DNA of 64,000 nucleotides from Clostridia bacterium (GTDB lineage Bacteria > Bacillota > Clostridia > Christensenellales > UBA1242): positions 4,449 to 68,448 of the forward strand of contig JAZRSV010000020.1 of assembly GCA_045651685.1 (NCBI GenBank). Reading direction: 5' to 3'. How positions within the stretch are numbered: position 1 is the first letter of the stretch; each line of letters opens with the position of its first letter. This document shows positions 55,301 through 64,000 of the stretch, piece after piece. The notes under the pieces were generated by a model that worked only from the letters and a program-made list of their open reading frames with translations, had not been told where the DNA came from and ran no database searches. The translations under genes and the position numbers were made by a program.

Positions 55301-58300
55301 ACTAGATAAAATTGATAGTTTGCTTACTCAAACAATTTCTACCCCAACTATACAAATTGATAATCCACAACCACTAAAAGAACAACTAGACAGCTACATC
55401 AAACTATTTAATAGCATAACTGTCACAGACTCTTATGTGTTGGTAGAGTTAGATGATATATCAATTAACTTATATATCACTGACAACAGATTAGAAAGTA
55501 TCATAATAGATACAAACGATTTGTTTGTAGAACTTGCTATCAACAGTCTTGTTTATGAAGACAACTTTGATATCAATACAAACTCTTATCTAGAATTTGA
55601 CAAAGTATTTACTCAAATCGATGCTTTAGTTTCTACACTAATCACTAAAGAAATTGGTGGCACTGTTGCTATCGAAGTACTTGATGGAGATTTTGTCGGA
55701 CAATATACTGCTACATATGCATTAAGCTATGTTGGCAACAAAGTATATTTTTACATTGATACAAAAATATTTAATCACGATTTAACACTTACTTATCAAA
55801 ACGGCGAATTGTACCTAAAGCTTGACCAATTAAATATTAGGGTTGGTTGGAACGAAAGATACAAGCTTGTAGACTATATTAACAATCGTTTTGGTACAAA
55901 CTTTGTATTCCCTGATCTAAAGCTTGGCGATCTATCTAGCGACAAACCTTTGGTACTAGAAGATATCAATATTGCTATGCTAACAAGCATTACATCTACT
56001 GATACAGGCTTAGAAATTGTTTTGGGCGATACTACAATAACCTTTACAAACAAAGGCACAATCGTCACTAATATTACAATTAGCAATCCACAATTTGGAC
56101 TAAATATGAATATCGACCAAGTTGGTAGTCAAGTGACTTTGCCAGAAGCTGTCCCTGCTCTATATAATCACTATACAGTTGTGACAGATTATATTGACGA
56201 AGTAGCAAGACTAATGGAAAGCAGCAAAGACGAACAAACTGATCAATACTCAATCACCGGTAGTGCATATTTATTCTCTACTGACTTAAACGGCACTCCT
56301 TACTATATAGAGTACGAAGATGGTTCAAAACAATATAAGAGTTATGTTCAAATTGGTCTTGACAATCTAAACCTAGACATAACAAACAACTTGCTAGATC
56401 AATTAGCTATTGATATGTCTGTGACTGGACAAGGCGACTTATACAAAAACTCTATTGGTGGCCTAGATGCAGAGTTTGCCGCTTACTTTAACAGTGACCC
56501 AGCAAACGGCGGTTTGTATCTAAACTACAACAGACTAAAAGCTTTCTTGGACAAATCATCTCTTGCTAATATATTTGCAGTTGCAAAAGATTTGTTGCCA
56601 ATGTTTGTTGGTAATGATTTTAATGCAATATTTGATATGATTAAGTTTAACGAAAGAAACGACATTTATGTAGAACTTGGCAATATGCCAAATATTTCTG
56701 TAAACATGCTAGAGCTTATCGAAACTTACGCTCCTATGCTAACCAGTTTAGAGCTTGATACTAACAAAGTATTGTCAATAGGTTTTGACTTGACTTCTAT
56801 CACAGATATGTTTACACAACCTATCATACTAAAAATTTATCAAGATACTAACAAACAATTACACCTAGCTTGTGACAACTTGTTTATTGGCGGCAACAAA
56901 GAAGATGGTTATAAAGGTATTAGCTTTGACTTAACAGTTGATACTATTGCTCCATTTGTTGGACAACCAAAAACTCCTGCCGAATACAAAAACTATTCTA
57001 GAGTTGATAACTTATTGCAAACTTTATACAATACATTGCAAGATAGAAAACAATTCCACCTAGAATCTGTAATAAATCTATCTATACTAGATATACTAAA
57101 CTGGTATTTAGACCTAACTATCGACATCGAAATAATCGATGGCAAACCAGTTATCGCAGCAACTATTGGCGAAATACCTGTTGTAGAATTGCTAGTGACA
57201 GATGTAAACAACGATGTGCCTTATGAAGATGGTGACACTTCTGCAGGTAAAGACAGATATTTAACTATTTATTATAAAGACAACTATGTATACTTCTACC
57301 GTACTGAAAAAGTGACACAATGGTTTGTGACAGAGCGTAAATACGAAAAGAAGCTAAAAGTTAGCTTGCAAGAATTTATACAAGATCCATTGGGACTTGT
57401 ATTGCAATACGGATTTGGCTTCAAATCAATCGTTATGGACCCTATTAGAGAAGCTCTTGCAAAATCTGCAGCTGTTGATAGACCTACAGATTATAGTGTT
57501 GTAGTAAATGACTTTAAGCATACTCCTTACCCAGAATCAAATTCTCAAGAATTCTTTATAGACCTTAACTTGGCAGAGATATCTAAAAACGAAGACTTAA
57601 AGTCTATGCAATTAACTTTAGGCACTACTACAAAAAATAATGTAGAATACCTAAACAAAATTAACTTCTATATGGACTTTAACATTGGTATATCTATCTT
57701 GCTACAAACACAAAACTCTAGTGGCAATAAATCTCCTATCACGCTTAACCTAGACAAGGGTTGTGATATGACCAATGTAATAAACTACATCAATAATTAT
57801 ACTTATGCCCCTGGTGAAGAATGGCACTACTACAAAGGCAAATGGGTACAAGATGCTGGTATTTATACAATCAATTATAACACTAATTATGATGGTGTAA
57901 CTTATGACAGCGTAGAAGCAAAAGTTGGCTCTACAATAACATTGCCTACATTTACTTATGACAAAGTTGTTGTAAACGGCAACGATCGAGACACTTATAA
58001 ATTTGTTGGTTGGTGCACCAATGCTAACCTAACAGGTAAAGTCTATAACGGTAATTATACAGTAGGTCGTGGCGGAGCTAATCTATATGCAAAATGGGAG
58101 CTTGTAGAAAGCATTCGCTCATTAAACTACTATATAGATGGCAACCTAGTTTATACTCAAACAGGCAATGTTGGCGAAGCTATCAACTACAATGTATCTT
58201 TGCCAGATATCGAAGTTGTAGAAAATGGACAAAAGTTATACAAGATATTTAATGGTTGGATTGATCAAAACGGCGTTAAAGTGACCAACATCATGGCCGA

Positions 58301-59465
58301 AACTATCAATATCTATCCAGCATATACAACATTGTATACTTGGCGTACAATAACTTATGATGCAAACTTTACTGGTATGAACAACTTACCAAGCTACTCA
58401 AACTATAACGATACAGCTCTAACATTGTTAGATCCTGGTGTACAAAAAATGAATAATGACGGTTGGACAATTTCTTACGAACTTGTTGGCTGGTATTATG
58501 ACCAAGCTTGTACACAACCTTGCAACATCAATATCATGCCAGATCAAAACATGACATTGTATGCAAAATGGCAAGAAGTATCAAGAGTACGCGAAACAAA
58601 AATAACTGTATATGACAATACAACAGCTTATTCTGTAGCTCAAAATACTGGCACTACAGTTGTTGCTTCTTCATTAACTAACCTAGACGGAGTTAACCTA
58701 AAATATGTTGCTGGCGAAACAGAGTTCTACACAAGTGCAGACTTTGACCCAAGCAGCAAGGTTGATTTCCCTACAACAATGCCAGAAGCTACCGAAACTG
58801 TATTGTATGTACGCAACAAATACACTGTGACAATCAACTATTATAACAATGTTGATGGCACACACACATTAAAAACAATTTCTGCTTCGCTATATCAAGG
58901 CGAAAGCTATGCACACTTGTTGCCTACTCAAAGCAACTACGAAATAACATATTATCAAGATGCAGCAAAAACAATACCTACTGTTATGACAGCTTATTAC
59001 TTTGACGGTTATGCAGAAGGTGATGAAAAAGTATCTACCGACTATGTTATGACTAATTATGATTTGACTATCACAGACAACTATACTACAACTAGCCTAA
59101 ACTACTACAAAATCTCATTCAAAACAGATTATGTAAGACCTAGTTGGTGGGTGTCTGATGGTACAGCAAGTTCTTATAAAGTTACCCCAGTAGCAGACAT
59201 GTATGTTCTTGAAGGATCAAGCATTACTTATTCGGTATTAACCAAAAAGACATCTATACTAAACAACTCAACTACTACCGTAAATATTAATGCTGCATTC
59301 TCTAAAAAATATGGCGTAACTTATAACTATGTATCTGCAGCATGGAACACAACAGCTTGCAAAAACCTAGATACTAGTTGGCTTGGCAAAGATTCTACAG
59401 CATATTCTGGCACAACTGTTATTAACGGCAATACAGATTTATTTGTAGAATGGGCATCAGCATAA
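52347..59465 (+). CDS. Giant (2372 aa) secreted/anchored protein. The N-terminal ~1800 aa are novel beta-rich modules, and the C-terminal ~500 aa carry Listeria-Bacteroides-type repeats
   Basis: N-terminal signal-anchor (LGAYLLITIVTAAGVVFLV). C-terminal modules YKFVGWCTN, FNGWIDQNG, LVGWYYDQACTQ. The start lies 13 nt after the upstream stop, with an AAAGGA SD. Confidence 0.8.
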   Translation: MKKLFRTLKFLGAYLLITIVTAAGVVFLVPVSGSSANIGAPGQDSFTTPIESNFTKIVNNLMQLKDFAVDADIKVTLPNDQKITLDMIAGVHATAGFGTVAANAQLNLTYGQDNYNMSFVFVDNQLYLQLNDILVPQEFDSNFAIKSQQVQDIKFTTSVNTLTEAIGQIMSLLNIDMSMGDSFANFDMSMIATMLEDYQDSPTEYGYDVSIVVMGQSIYLTTDHDFNITAVHIPTINLDGTKLNIDLTLKRYEQVIEVAAPQDSQSYLDLAKVTNLIGFASSAIDNKFVSTNINASFAGTNIALDTTIDFADGIKLVATSNSLGDSLKVMYYNDTLYIAFGNVKVSTTFDELKEFANYSIDTILPQLKGMNINRLTSIIDYVQDLTNNVSLPTISTPSIASMIGLAAFINTDGDNLTFALPGIVDSTIVVNNGNITDISIVNSNFEVSLNNIDITRRDVIYDIQGYTPLQNILPTVKAAINTLTCQGINGDITFTYGDQTYTLNLKAKLQATDLTLSLSTVVFGKVVQIDIQNETLYLTIDQTKTKIPFNKAQDLLGLISTLFDIKLPTIDTNINLKLQDISLDFISTLTATGDNLTITGKDYTVSLNNKNGYINKVNLNIADIALEFLTLKCGNVNIDTIDDTQYTHYEDIFNFISNIKDLTTKTNFDLTVSAQARYNGQMFDVNILATVDTKTFDITLLVMLNINGETYTVNAAFVDKVLYINYQDLKVKVDKQLLDTIDGIINNIIPKYINIDNIRELWNSLTNVDINMTMPTIELTIPQIIELVKTYTNALRSIAFEGNTLNISVNLGSILNINQTLNLSVKATSEYVEVGIAEFAIDAASVQFVATISVNDDEILAPYDANTYKDINDYLKLVEVLDNTISSNYFDIGATVITGDYRIDTNIIADLTDDYKFAISTDSLGSPLDIKYVPSAAGKQDVFFVTFGNLKLNCSIEQLKQLYNYLTDTVLKEVKGLDIAELQPILDKIDSLLTQTISTPTIQIDNPQPLKEQLDSYIKLFNSITVTDSYVLVELDDISINLYITDNRLESIIIDTNDLFVELAINSLVYEDNFDINTNSYLEFDKVFTQIDALVSTLITKEIGGTVAIEVLDGDFVGQYTATYALSYVGNKVYFYIDTKIFNHDLTLTYQNGELYLKLDQLNIRVGWNERYKLVDYINNRFGTNFVFPDLKLGDLSSDKPLVLEDINIAMLTSITSTDTGLEIVLGDTTITFTNKGTIVTNITISNPQFGLNMNIDQVGSQVTLPEAVPALYNHYTVVTDYIDEVARLMESSKDEQTDQYSITGSAYLFSTDLNGTPYYIEYEDGSKQYKSYVQIGLDNLNLDITNNLLDQLAIDMSVTGQGDLYKNSIGGLDAEFAAYFNSDPANGGLYLNYNRLKAFLDKSSLANIFAVAKDLLPMFVGNDFNAIFDMIKFNERNDIYVELGNMPNISVNMLELIETYAPMLTSLELDTNKVLSIGFDLTSITDMFTQPIILKIYQDTNKQLHLACDNLFIGGNKEDGYKGISFDLTVDTIAPFVGQPKTPAEYKNYSRVDNLLQTLYNTLQDRKQFHLESVINLSILDILNWYLDLTIDIEIIDGKPVIAATIGEIPVVELLVTDVNNDVPYEDGDTSAGKDRYLTIYYKDNYVYFYRTEKVTQWFVTERKYEKKLKVSLQEFIQDPLGLVLQYGFGFKSIVMDPIREALAKSAAVDRPTDYSVVVNDFKHTPYPESNSQEFFIDLNLAEISKNEDLKSMQLTLGTTTKNNVEYLNKINFYMDFNIGISILLQTQNSSGNKSPITLNLDKGCDMTNVINYINNYTYAPGEEWHYYKGKWVQDAGIYTINYNTNYDGVTYDSVEAKVGSTITLPTFTYDKVVVNGNDRDTYKFVGWCTNANLTGKVYNGNYTVGRGGANLYAKWELVESIRSLNYYIDGNLVYTQTGNVGEAINYNVSLPDIEVVENGQKLYKIFNGWIDQNGVKVTNIMAETINIYPAYTTLYTWRTITYDANFTGMNNLPSYSNYNDTALTLLDPGVQKMNNDGWTISYELVGWYYDQACTQPCNINIMPDQNMTLYAKWQEVSRVRETKITVYDNTTAYSVAQNTGTTVVASSLTNLDGVNLKYVAGETEFYTSADFDPSSKVDFPTTMPEATETVLYVRNKYTVTINYYNNVDGTHTLKTISASLYQGESYAHLLPTQSNYEITYYQDAAKTIPTVMTAYYFDGYAEGDEKVSTDYVMTNYDLTITDNYTTTSLNYYKISFKTDYVRPSWWVSDGTASSYKVTPVADMYVLEGSSITYSVLTKKTSILNNSTTTVNINAAFSKKYGVTYNYVSAAWNTTACKNLDTSWLGKDSTAYSGTTVINGNTDLFVEWASA

Positions 59466-59554
59466 TAAAAGAAAAAAGGACAATCTCATGATTGTTCTTT
59501 TTTTTGTTGCATAAAAAAACAACCTACAAAAAAGTTAGGTTGTTTTTATTTTGT

Positions 59555-61039
59555 TTATTGAGTTTTGTACATGCGCTCAAAATATTTTATAAGTGATTTT
59601 TTTGCACGCTCTGTATTGACATATGCTAGCCATCTTATTTGAGCAACAGGTACCGAAAAACCTTTTGCATCAAGTTCTGATATAATATTTATTTTGTCAT
59701 TATTGACAAGCTTGGTATAAAGCGGTTGATGCGTTGGCGAGTTGTTAATAAGCGCATACTTGCAAGATAGGCCTAGGTCATCATGTATCTTAAAGGCAAA
59801 GTCTAGTACGGTGCTATTTTCTGGCATTTTTATTATTTGTCCAGATCTTGTTTGTACTTCGATATAATTTTGTACAATTTCTGCACCCAAATTTTCTTCG
59901 TCAATTAGGTCTATATCTGTACCTTCGACAGTACCATTACGCATCAAAATATAATCTTCTAGACTAATCAGACACAAACGGTATTTTATACGGCGAGTAT
60001 CTTGTACCAAAAGATAATGTTTTTTGTACACATTATCACTTTCGAAACCTATTATTTTTAGATGCTTTGTGACAACTTTTTGATCAAACAATTCGTACAT
60101 CCATGCTAGTGCTTGGTTAGAAGAAATTTTACCATTAAGCACTATATAAATATTAGTTGCTGGCACTCTGTTAAACGAGTTGCGCTTAATTAGCTTAAAC
60201 TTGGTTAACTCTAGTGTTTTTTTGATACGCTCGTAGGTATTAAATACCGTTTCTTCTTCGACAACAACACGGTTAACTTCGCAGTTGCGTTTTGTACGCA
60301 AAATATAATCATGTGTCACACCATATAGGTCTTCTTCTATATTGCGATAAGTCGCTCTGTTGAGTTTGTGATAATAATTATAACGATACTCAAATTCTTC
60401 TATTTTGCTGCGATTTATTATTCTAAAACATTCGTTTTGCAACGCATCATAAAAATATTTTGTTTTTAACAAATATGCAAGAGGTATAACCCACTTTTGA
60501 GTTTCTTTTACTTTTTCTATTTGTTTGTATTGATTAAACACTTCGATAGTGCGCAAGTTATTAAGTCTATCTGCAAATTTGATAAAAAATGCAAACTTGT
60601 TTTCTTTACCTATTGATATAAGTTTTTTGAAAGTTTGATCTTCTAAATTATTTTTTAGAAAATCAGGATCGTCAAAAATATTATTAATATTAATGGTGTT
60701 TTGGTTAATAGCTGTCACCGCATCAACAATCTCGGCAACATTGTTATTAAACTTCTCTCTAATTTCGTCTAGAGTGCAGTTGCAATCTTCTACAACATCA
60801 TGCAAAAGTGCAGCGCTTATCATATCAGTATCAAAACCAAGATTACACAATATTTCTGCTACTGCAACTGGGTGCAAGATATATGGCTCGCCAGACTTTC
60901 TTGTTTGGCCCTTATGCAAACTCTCGGCAAGCATAAAAGCATTAGATACATTTGATATGCCGATGCTATTGTTTTTTTGAAGAGTTTTTATTATATTGTC
61001 GTATATTTGTCTATAATCAAGAGTTTTATTCGTCATCAT
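59555..61039 (-). CDS. RelA/SpoT homologue with intact HD (ppGpp hydrolase) and TGS domains but an apparently degenerate synthetase region and no C-terminal ACT region
   Basis: HD motifs: HKGQTRKSGEPYILHPVAVA, LLHDVVEDC, FADRLNNLRT. TGS motif: VQTRSGQIIKMPENSTVLDFAFKIHDDLG. I could not find the synthetase GRxK / EhQIRT signatures between them. Confidence 0.75.
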   Translation of the reverse strand: MMTNKTLDYRQIYDNIIKTLQKNNSIGISNVSNAFMLAESLHKGQTRKSGEPYILHPVAVAEILCNLGFDTDMISAALLHDVVEDCNCTLDEIREKFNNNVAEIVDAVTAINQNTININNIFDDPDFLKNNLEDQTFKKLISIGKENKFAFFIKFADRLNNLRTIEVFNQYKQIEKVKETQKWVIPLAYLLKTKYFYDALQNECFRIINRSKIEEFEYRYNYYHKLNRATYRNIEEDLYGVTHDYILRTKRNCEVNRVVVEEETVFNTYERIKKTLELTKFKLIKRNSFNRVPATNIYIVLNGKISSNQALAWMYELFDQKVVTKHLKIIGFESDNVYKKHYLLVQDTRRIKYRLCLISLEDYILMRNGTVEGTDIDLIDEENLGAEIVQNYIEVQTRSGQIIKMPENSTVLDFAFKIHDDLGLSCKYALINNSPTHQPLYTKLVNNDKINIISELDAKGFSVPVAQIRWLAYVNTERAKKSLIKYFERMYKTQ

Positions 61040-62024
61040 ATTCAGAGCCCTCTCTGATTAATCTAAAGTAACTATCATCCTCCATGTTAGATACTTTTGC
61101 AAAACGGAACATGTTGGCCTCCATCATATCAAGCAACATGTTTGACAAACTATCTTCTACTATTCGCTTTTTTTGGTGGTCACTTAATTGATTTGGATTT
61201 TCTTTGTTTTCTATATACAAAGTCTTAAATAAATTAACTAATTGCTCTGTTTCGTTATGCACGCTCACATCGCTAGTACCTAGCGCTAACATTTCGTACA
61301 ATTCGCCATCAGGCATGCGCAAAGCGCTACGAGACAAGATAATAAATTGTATACATGGCATTTGTTCTCTACCACGAGCTACAGAGTTGCATGTACCCAA
61401 ACCACCGATGTATTTGTTATTGCTTGGTGGATTGTTAAGAATAATCAAACAGTGGTCTTTATCTACAGGATTTTTTACAGAGATAAAGATTTGTAAATTT
61501 GACATTTCTAACATGCCGCTATAAGATGCTTTTTGCAGTTTATAAAACTCTTTTTTTACAGCTGCAGTTTTGCAAGTTGCCAAAGTTTTTAGGCCTTCTT
61601 CTGCCTCTCTACGAGAGATAAAAAAGCAAGCTTCTACTTTTAAGCTGTCGCCATCTTCGCCAAGTTCGTCATATACAGATAATACGCCATATTTTAGAAT
61701 ATTGGTAGAATAACTAACCCTACCCTTATAAACATTGGTGTCATAATAATAAATAACATAATCACCAACAAAACGGTTAAAAGAATTTTCTACCTCGGTC
61801 ACATCATTTTCTCTTGCGACAATTTCTTTTGTCAAAAAATCATCAATGTTGATACCATATGCCTTTTTTAATTTTAACAAAAACTTTACAGATGGCTCAC
61901 TATCTTTATTAAGATAATTATTAATACTAGCTGGGCTCACTTGTGTATCTTGCGCAAGTTGCTTTTGGCTGTATTGTTCGCTCAAAGTCTTTAGGTTATG
62001 TACAAAATAGTTTTTTTCGTTCAT
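61026..62024 (-). CDS. XRE-family HTH protein with a ~260-aa uncharacterised C-terminal domain
   Basis: N-terminal KQLAQDTQVSPASINNYLNKDSEPSVKFLLKLKKAYGINIDDFL. It overlaps the RSH gene by 14 nt. Confidence 0.7.
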   Translation of the reverse strand: MNEKNYFVHNLKTLSEQYSQKQLAQDTQVSPASINNYLNKDSEPSVKFLLKLKKAYGINIDDFLTKEIVARENDVTEVENSFNRFVGDYVIYYYDTNVYKGRVSYSTNILKYGVLSVYDELGEDGDSLKVEACFFISRREAEEGLKTLATCKTAAVKKEFYKLQKASYSGMLEMSNLQIFISVKNPVDKDHCLIILNNPPSNNKYIGGLGTCNSVARGREQMPCIQFIILSRSALRMPDGELYEMLALGTSDVSVHNETEQLVNLFKTLYIENKENPNQLSDHQKKRIVEDSLSNMLLDMMEANMFRFAKVSNMEDDSYFRLIREGSEYDDE

Positions 62025-62186
62025 AATACTTCTCCTTAATTTATTGTACCCCTAACAGTCTAAAAATACAAACAAAATAATGCATAAATTTATAAAACTA
62101 AATTATTTGTAGTAAAAATTTATTATCATAAATATAGTAAAAAACAAAAAAGACAGTACAAACAATATACTGTCTTTTTATTTTTG

Positions 62187-63629
62187 TTATTTTTTTGTCA
62201 ATTCGTCAAGTTTTACTTTGATGATAGGTCTTGCGATATCTACTTTTGCAGTACCACGAGACAATCTCATAGTTTGACCAATAATATAGTTAATAATGTC
62301 TTCTGGTTCTTTTAGATAATCTTGCAAAGCTTGTGGGTTTTGCTCAATAGCTTGATCGATTATTTTAATAAGTTCTTCGTCAGACATTGTTGACAAATAA
62401 CCTAGTTTTTTTGCAAGAGCTTTTGGATCTTGATCGCTAAAGCATACTTGTTCAAAAAGTTCTTTTGCGTTTACTCTTGTTATTTCTTTTTTCTCAACCA
62501 TCTTAATGATAGCTACCAAACTCTCTGGAGAGATAACTTGGTAAACATCTTGGTCGCCTTCAACCTCTTTTAGCTTGCGCAATACATCTGTCATAATCCA
62601 GTTAGAAACGATTTTTGCGCTATCAAACAAGCTTAAGCATTGTTCAAAATAATCTGCAGTTGTTTTTTCTTGAGTAAGAATTTTTGCATCATATTCTGGC
62701 AAGCCCAAAACTTGTACATATTCTTCTAATCTTTGAGGTGCTAGCTTTGGAAGTTCTTGTCTTATATGTTCAACAACTTCTCTACTAACTGTGATAGGCA
62801 AAATGTCAGGATCTGGGAAGTATCTATAGTCTTGCGCTTCTTCTTTAGAACGCATAGTAAAGCTTTTGCCTTTGTTGTCGTCCCATTTTCTGGTTTGTTG
62901 TGTAATAGTGCCGCCTTGCTCTAAAATTTCGATTTGACGATCTGCTTCATACTTAATAGCACGATAAACCATCTTAAAAGAGTTAAGGTTTTTCATCTCG
63001 GTACGAGTACCAAATGGTGTACCTTTTTTGTGTACTGACAAGTTAACATCACAACGCATACCACCTTGCTCCATACGACAATCTGCAATGTCGCCAAAAG
63101 TAAGGTTGCTGCGAAGCTTGGTCAAAAATTCTACAGCTTCTTCGGCAGAGTTAATGTCAGGCTCGGTGACAGTTTCGATAAGAGGTACGCCGCCACGGTT
63201 GTAGTCGACAAGTGTACCAACTTTTTCGTTAACATGCACAAGTTTGCCGGCATCTTCTTCTAGGTGGATACGGTTTAATCTAACTACTTTGCCACTATCA
63301 AGGGTAATGCTACCATTTAGGCAAAGAGGTTTTTGTAATTGGCTTATTTGATAAGCCTTTGATAAGTCTGGGTAAAAATAGTTTTTGCGTTCAAATATTG
63401 CAACATCGTTAATGTCACAACCAAAAGTCAAACCAGCTTTTATAGCAAGTTCTACAGCTCTTTTGTTAATAACTGGCAATGCGCCGGGTAAGCCTAAACA
63501 TACAGGGCAAACATTAGTGTTTGGTTGATCACCAAAACGGTTTTCGCAGCTACAAAAAACTTTTGTTTTTGTTTTTAGCTCGGCGTGAATTTCTAGACCG
63601 ATAACGACTTCATAATCTTCATACGCCAT
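62187..63629 (-). CDS. gatB: Asp/Glu-tRNA amidotransferase subunit B
   Basis: Full-length collinear GatB signatures: VIGLEIHAELKTKTKVFCSC, DYNRGGVPLIE, and the C-terminal YqeY-like tail. Confidence 0.95.
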   Translation of the reverse strand: MAYEDYEVVIGLEIHAELKTKTKVFCSCENRFGDQPNTNVCPVCLGLPGALPVINKRAVELAIKAGLTFGCDINDVAIFERKNYFYPDLSKAYQISQLQKPLCLNGSITLDSGKVVRLNRIHLEEDAGKLVHVNEKVGTLVDYNRGGVPLIETVTEPDINSAEEAVEFLTKLRSNLTFGDIADCRMEQGGMRCDVNLSVHKKGTPFGTRTEMKNLNSFKMVYRAIKYEADRQIEILEQGGTITQQTRKWDDNKGKSFTMRSKEEAQDYRYFPDPDILPITVSREVVEHIRQELPKLAPQRLEEYVQVLGLPEYDAKILTQEKTTADYFEQCLSLFDSAKIVSNWIMTDVLRKLKEVEGDQDVYQVISPESLVAIIKMVEKKEITRVNAKELFEQVCFSDQDPKALAKKLGYLSTMSDEELIKIIDQAIEQNPQALQDYLKEPEDIINYIIGQTMRLSRGTAKVDIARPIIKVKLDELTKK

Positions 63630-64000
63630 TATTTTTTACCCCCTGTGTATGATTTTTCGATAAAGCTTGCTACATCAATAACTGTTTGTTCGTCAAATTT
63701 TTTTGCCAATATTTGCAAACCTAAAGGCAAACCAGTTTGGCCTTTGTCATATGGTACGCTAATTGCTGGTACGCCAGTTAGGTTAGCTACTATTGTAAAC
63801 ATATCTTCTGCATACATGCTAACCGGGTCAGCTTTGCCACCTATCTTAAATGCCTCGCCAAAAGTTGTTGGCATAACAATAGCATCAAAACTCTCAAATA
63901 TATGAGCAAAGTCTGCTGACAACATTTGTTGTATGCGTTTTGCCTTTACATAATAAGCATCATAATAACCACTGCTCAATACAAAGTTGCCTAGCATGAT
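63629..64000 (-). CDS. gatA: Glu-tRNA(Gln) amidotransferase subunit A, C-terminal part (runs off the right edge)
   Basis: SSGYYDAYYVKAKRIQ ... DPVSMYAEDMFTIVANLTGVPAISVP ... GLPLGLQI. The stop overlaps the gatB ATG (ATGA-type junction). Confidence 0.9.
   Translation of the reverse strand: MMLGNFVLSSGYYDAYYVKAKRIQQMLSADFAHIFESFDAIVMPTTFGEAFKIGGKADPVSMYAEDMFTIVANLTGVPAISVPYDKGQTGLPLGLQILAKKFDEQTVIDVASFIEKSYTGGKK

Noticed and set aside
1-64000. CRISPR arrays, rRNA, tRNA, tmRNA, prophage or integrase genes
   Set aside because: Scanning by eye found no regularly spaced direct repeats, no rRNA/tRNA-like GC-rich blocks other than 8941-9040, and no integrase, recombinase or phage structural genes.

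Overview
AT-rich, low-GC Bacillota-like chromosomal segment. It uses the standard genetic code. Most units end in a Rho-independent terminator, and many promoters are readable as TTGACA-N17-TATAAT. I found no rRNA, tRNA or CRISPR array. Left ~9 kb (1-8.9 kb) is a defence island. It holds a Type I R-M operon (hsdM, DUF4145, hsdS) with no hsdR in view, a small HEPN-like protein, an N6-adenine methyltransferase fused to a single specificity (TRD) domain, a GIY-YIG nuclease and a 398-aa protein with no recognisable family. The middle of the window is mostly housekeeping and nucleotide-pool genes: an adenosine-deaminase-family protein, tdk, three NUDIX hydrolases, a YjjX-type NTPase, an HD protein, three tandem GNATs, a U32 peptidase, two FAD oxidoreductases, pgi and desulfoferrodoxin. 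These are interspersed with large surface proteins of 1600 and 2372 aa plus Big_2 and beta-helix proteins. The most unusual locus is a solitary non-retron reverse transcriptase (31892-33115, minus). It has a ~138-nt structured, SD-less leader closed by a 9-bp terminal stem. The unit is bracketed by a 22-bp inverted repeat that fills the -35/-10 spacers of both the RT promoter and the downstream HAD phosphatase promoter. Other notable items follow. An acyltransferase gene is switched off by a T12 homopolymer. An HUH-less IS200/RayT-like protein is translationally coupled to a membrane protein and the 2372-aa giant. An XRE-HTH protein is coupled to a RelA/SpoT homologue whose synthetase domain looks degenerate. 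There is a terminator-containing leader upstream of the YjjX NTPase, a GC-rich orphan structured element, a 104-aa collagen-like protein and a recurrent leaderless-mRNA promoter architecture. All functional calls rest on motifs read by eye. No database searches were run.
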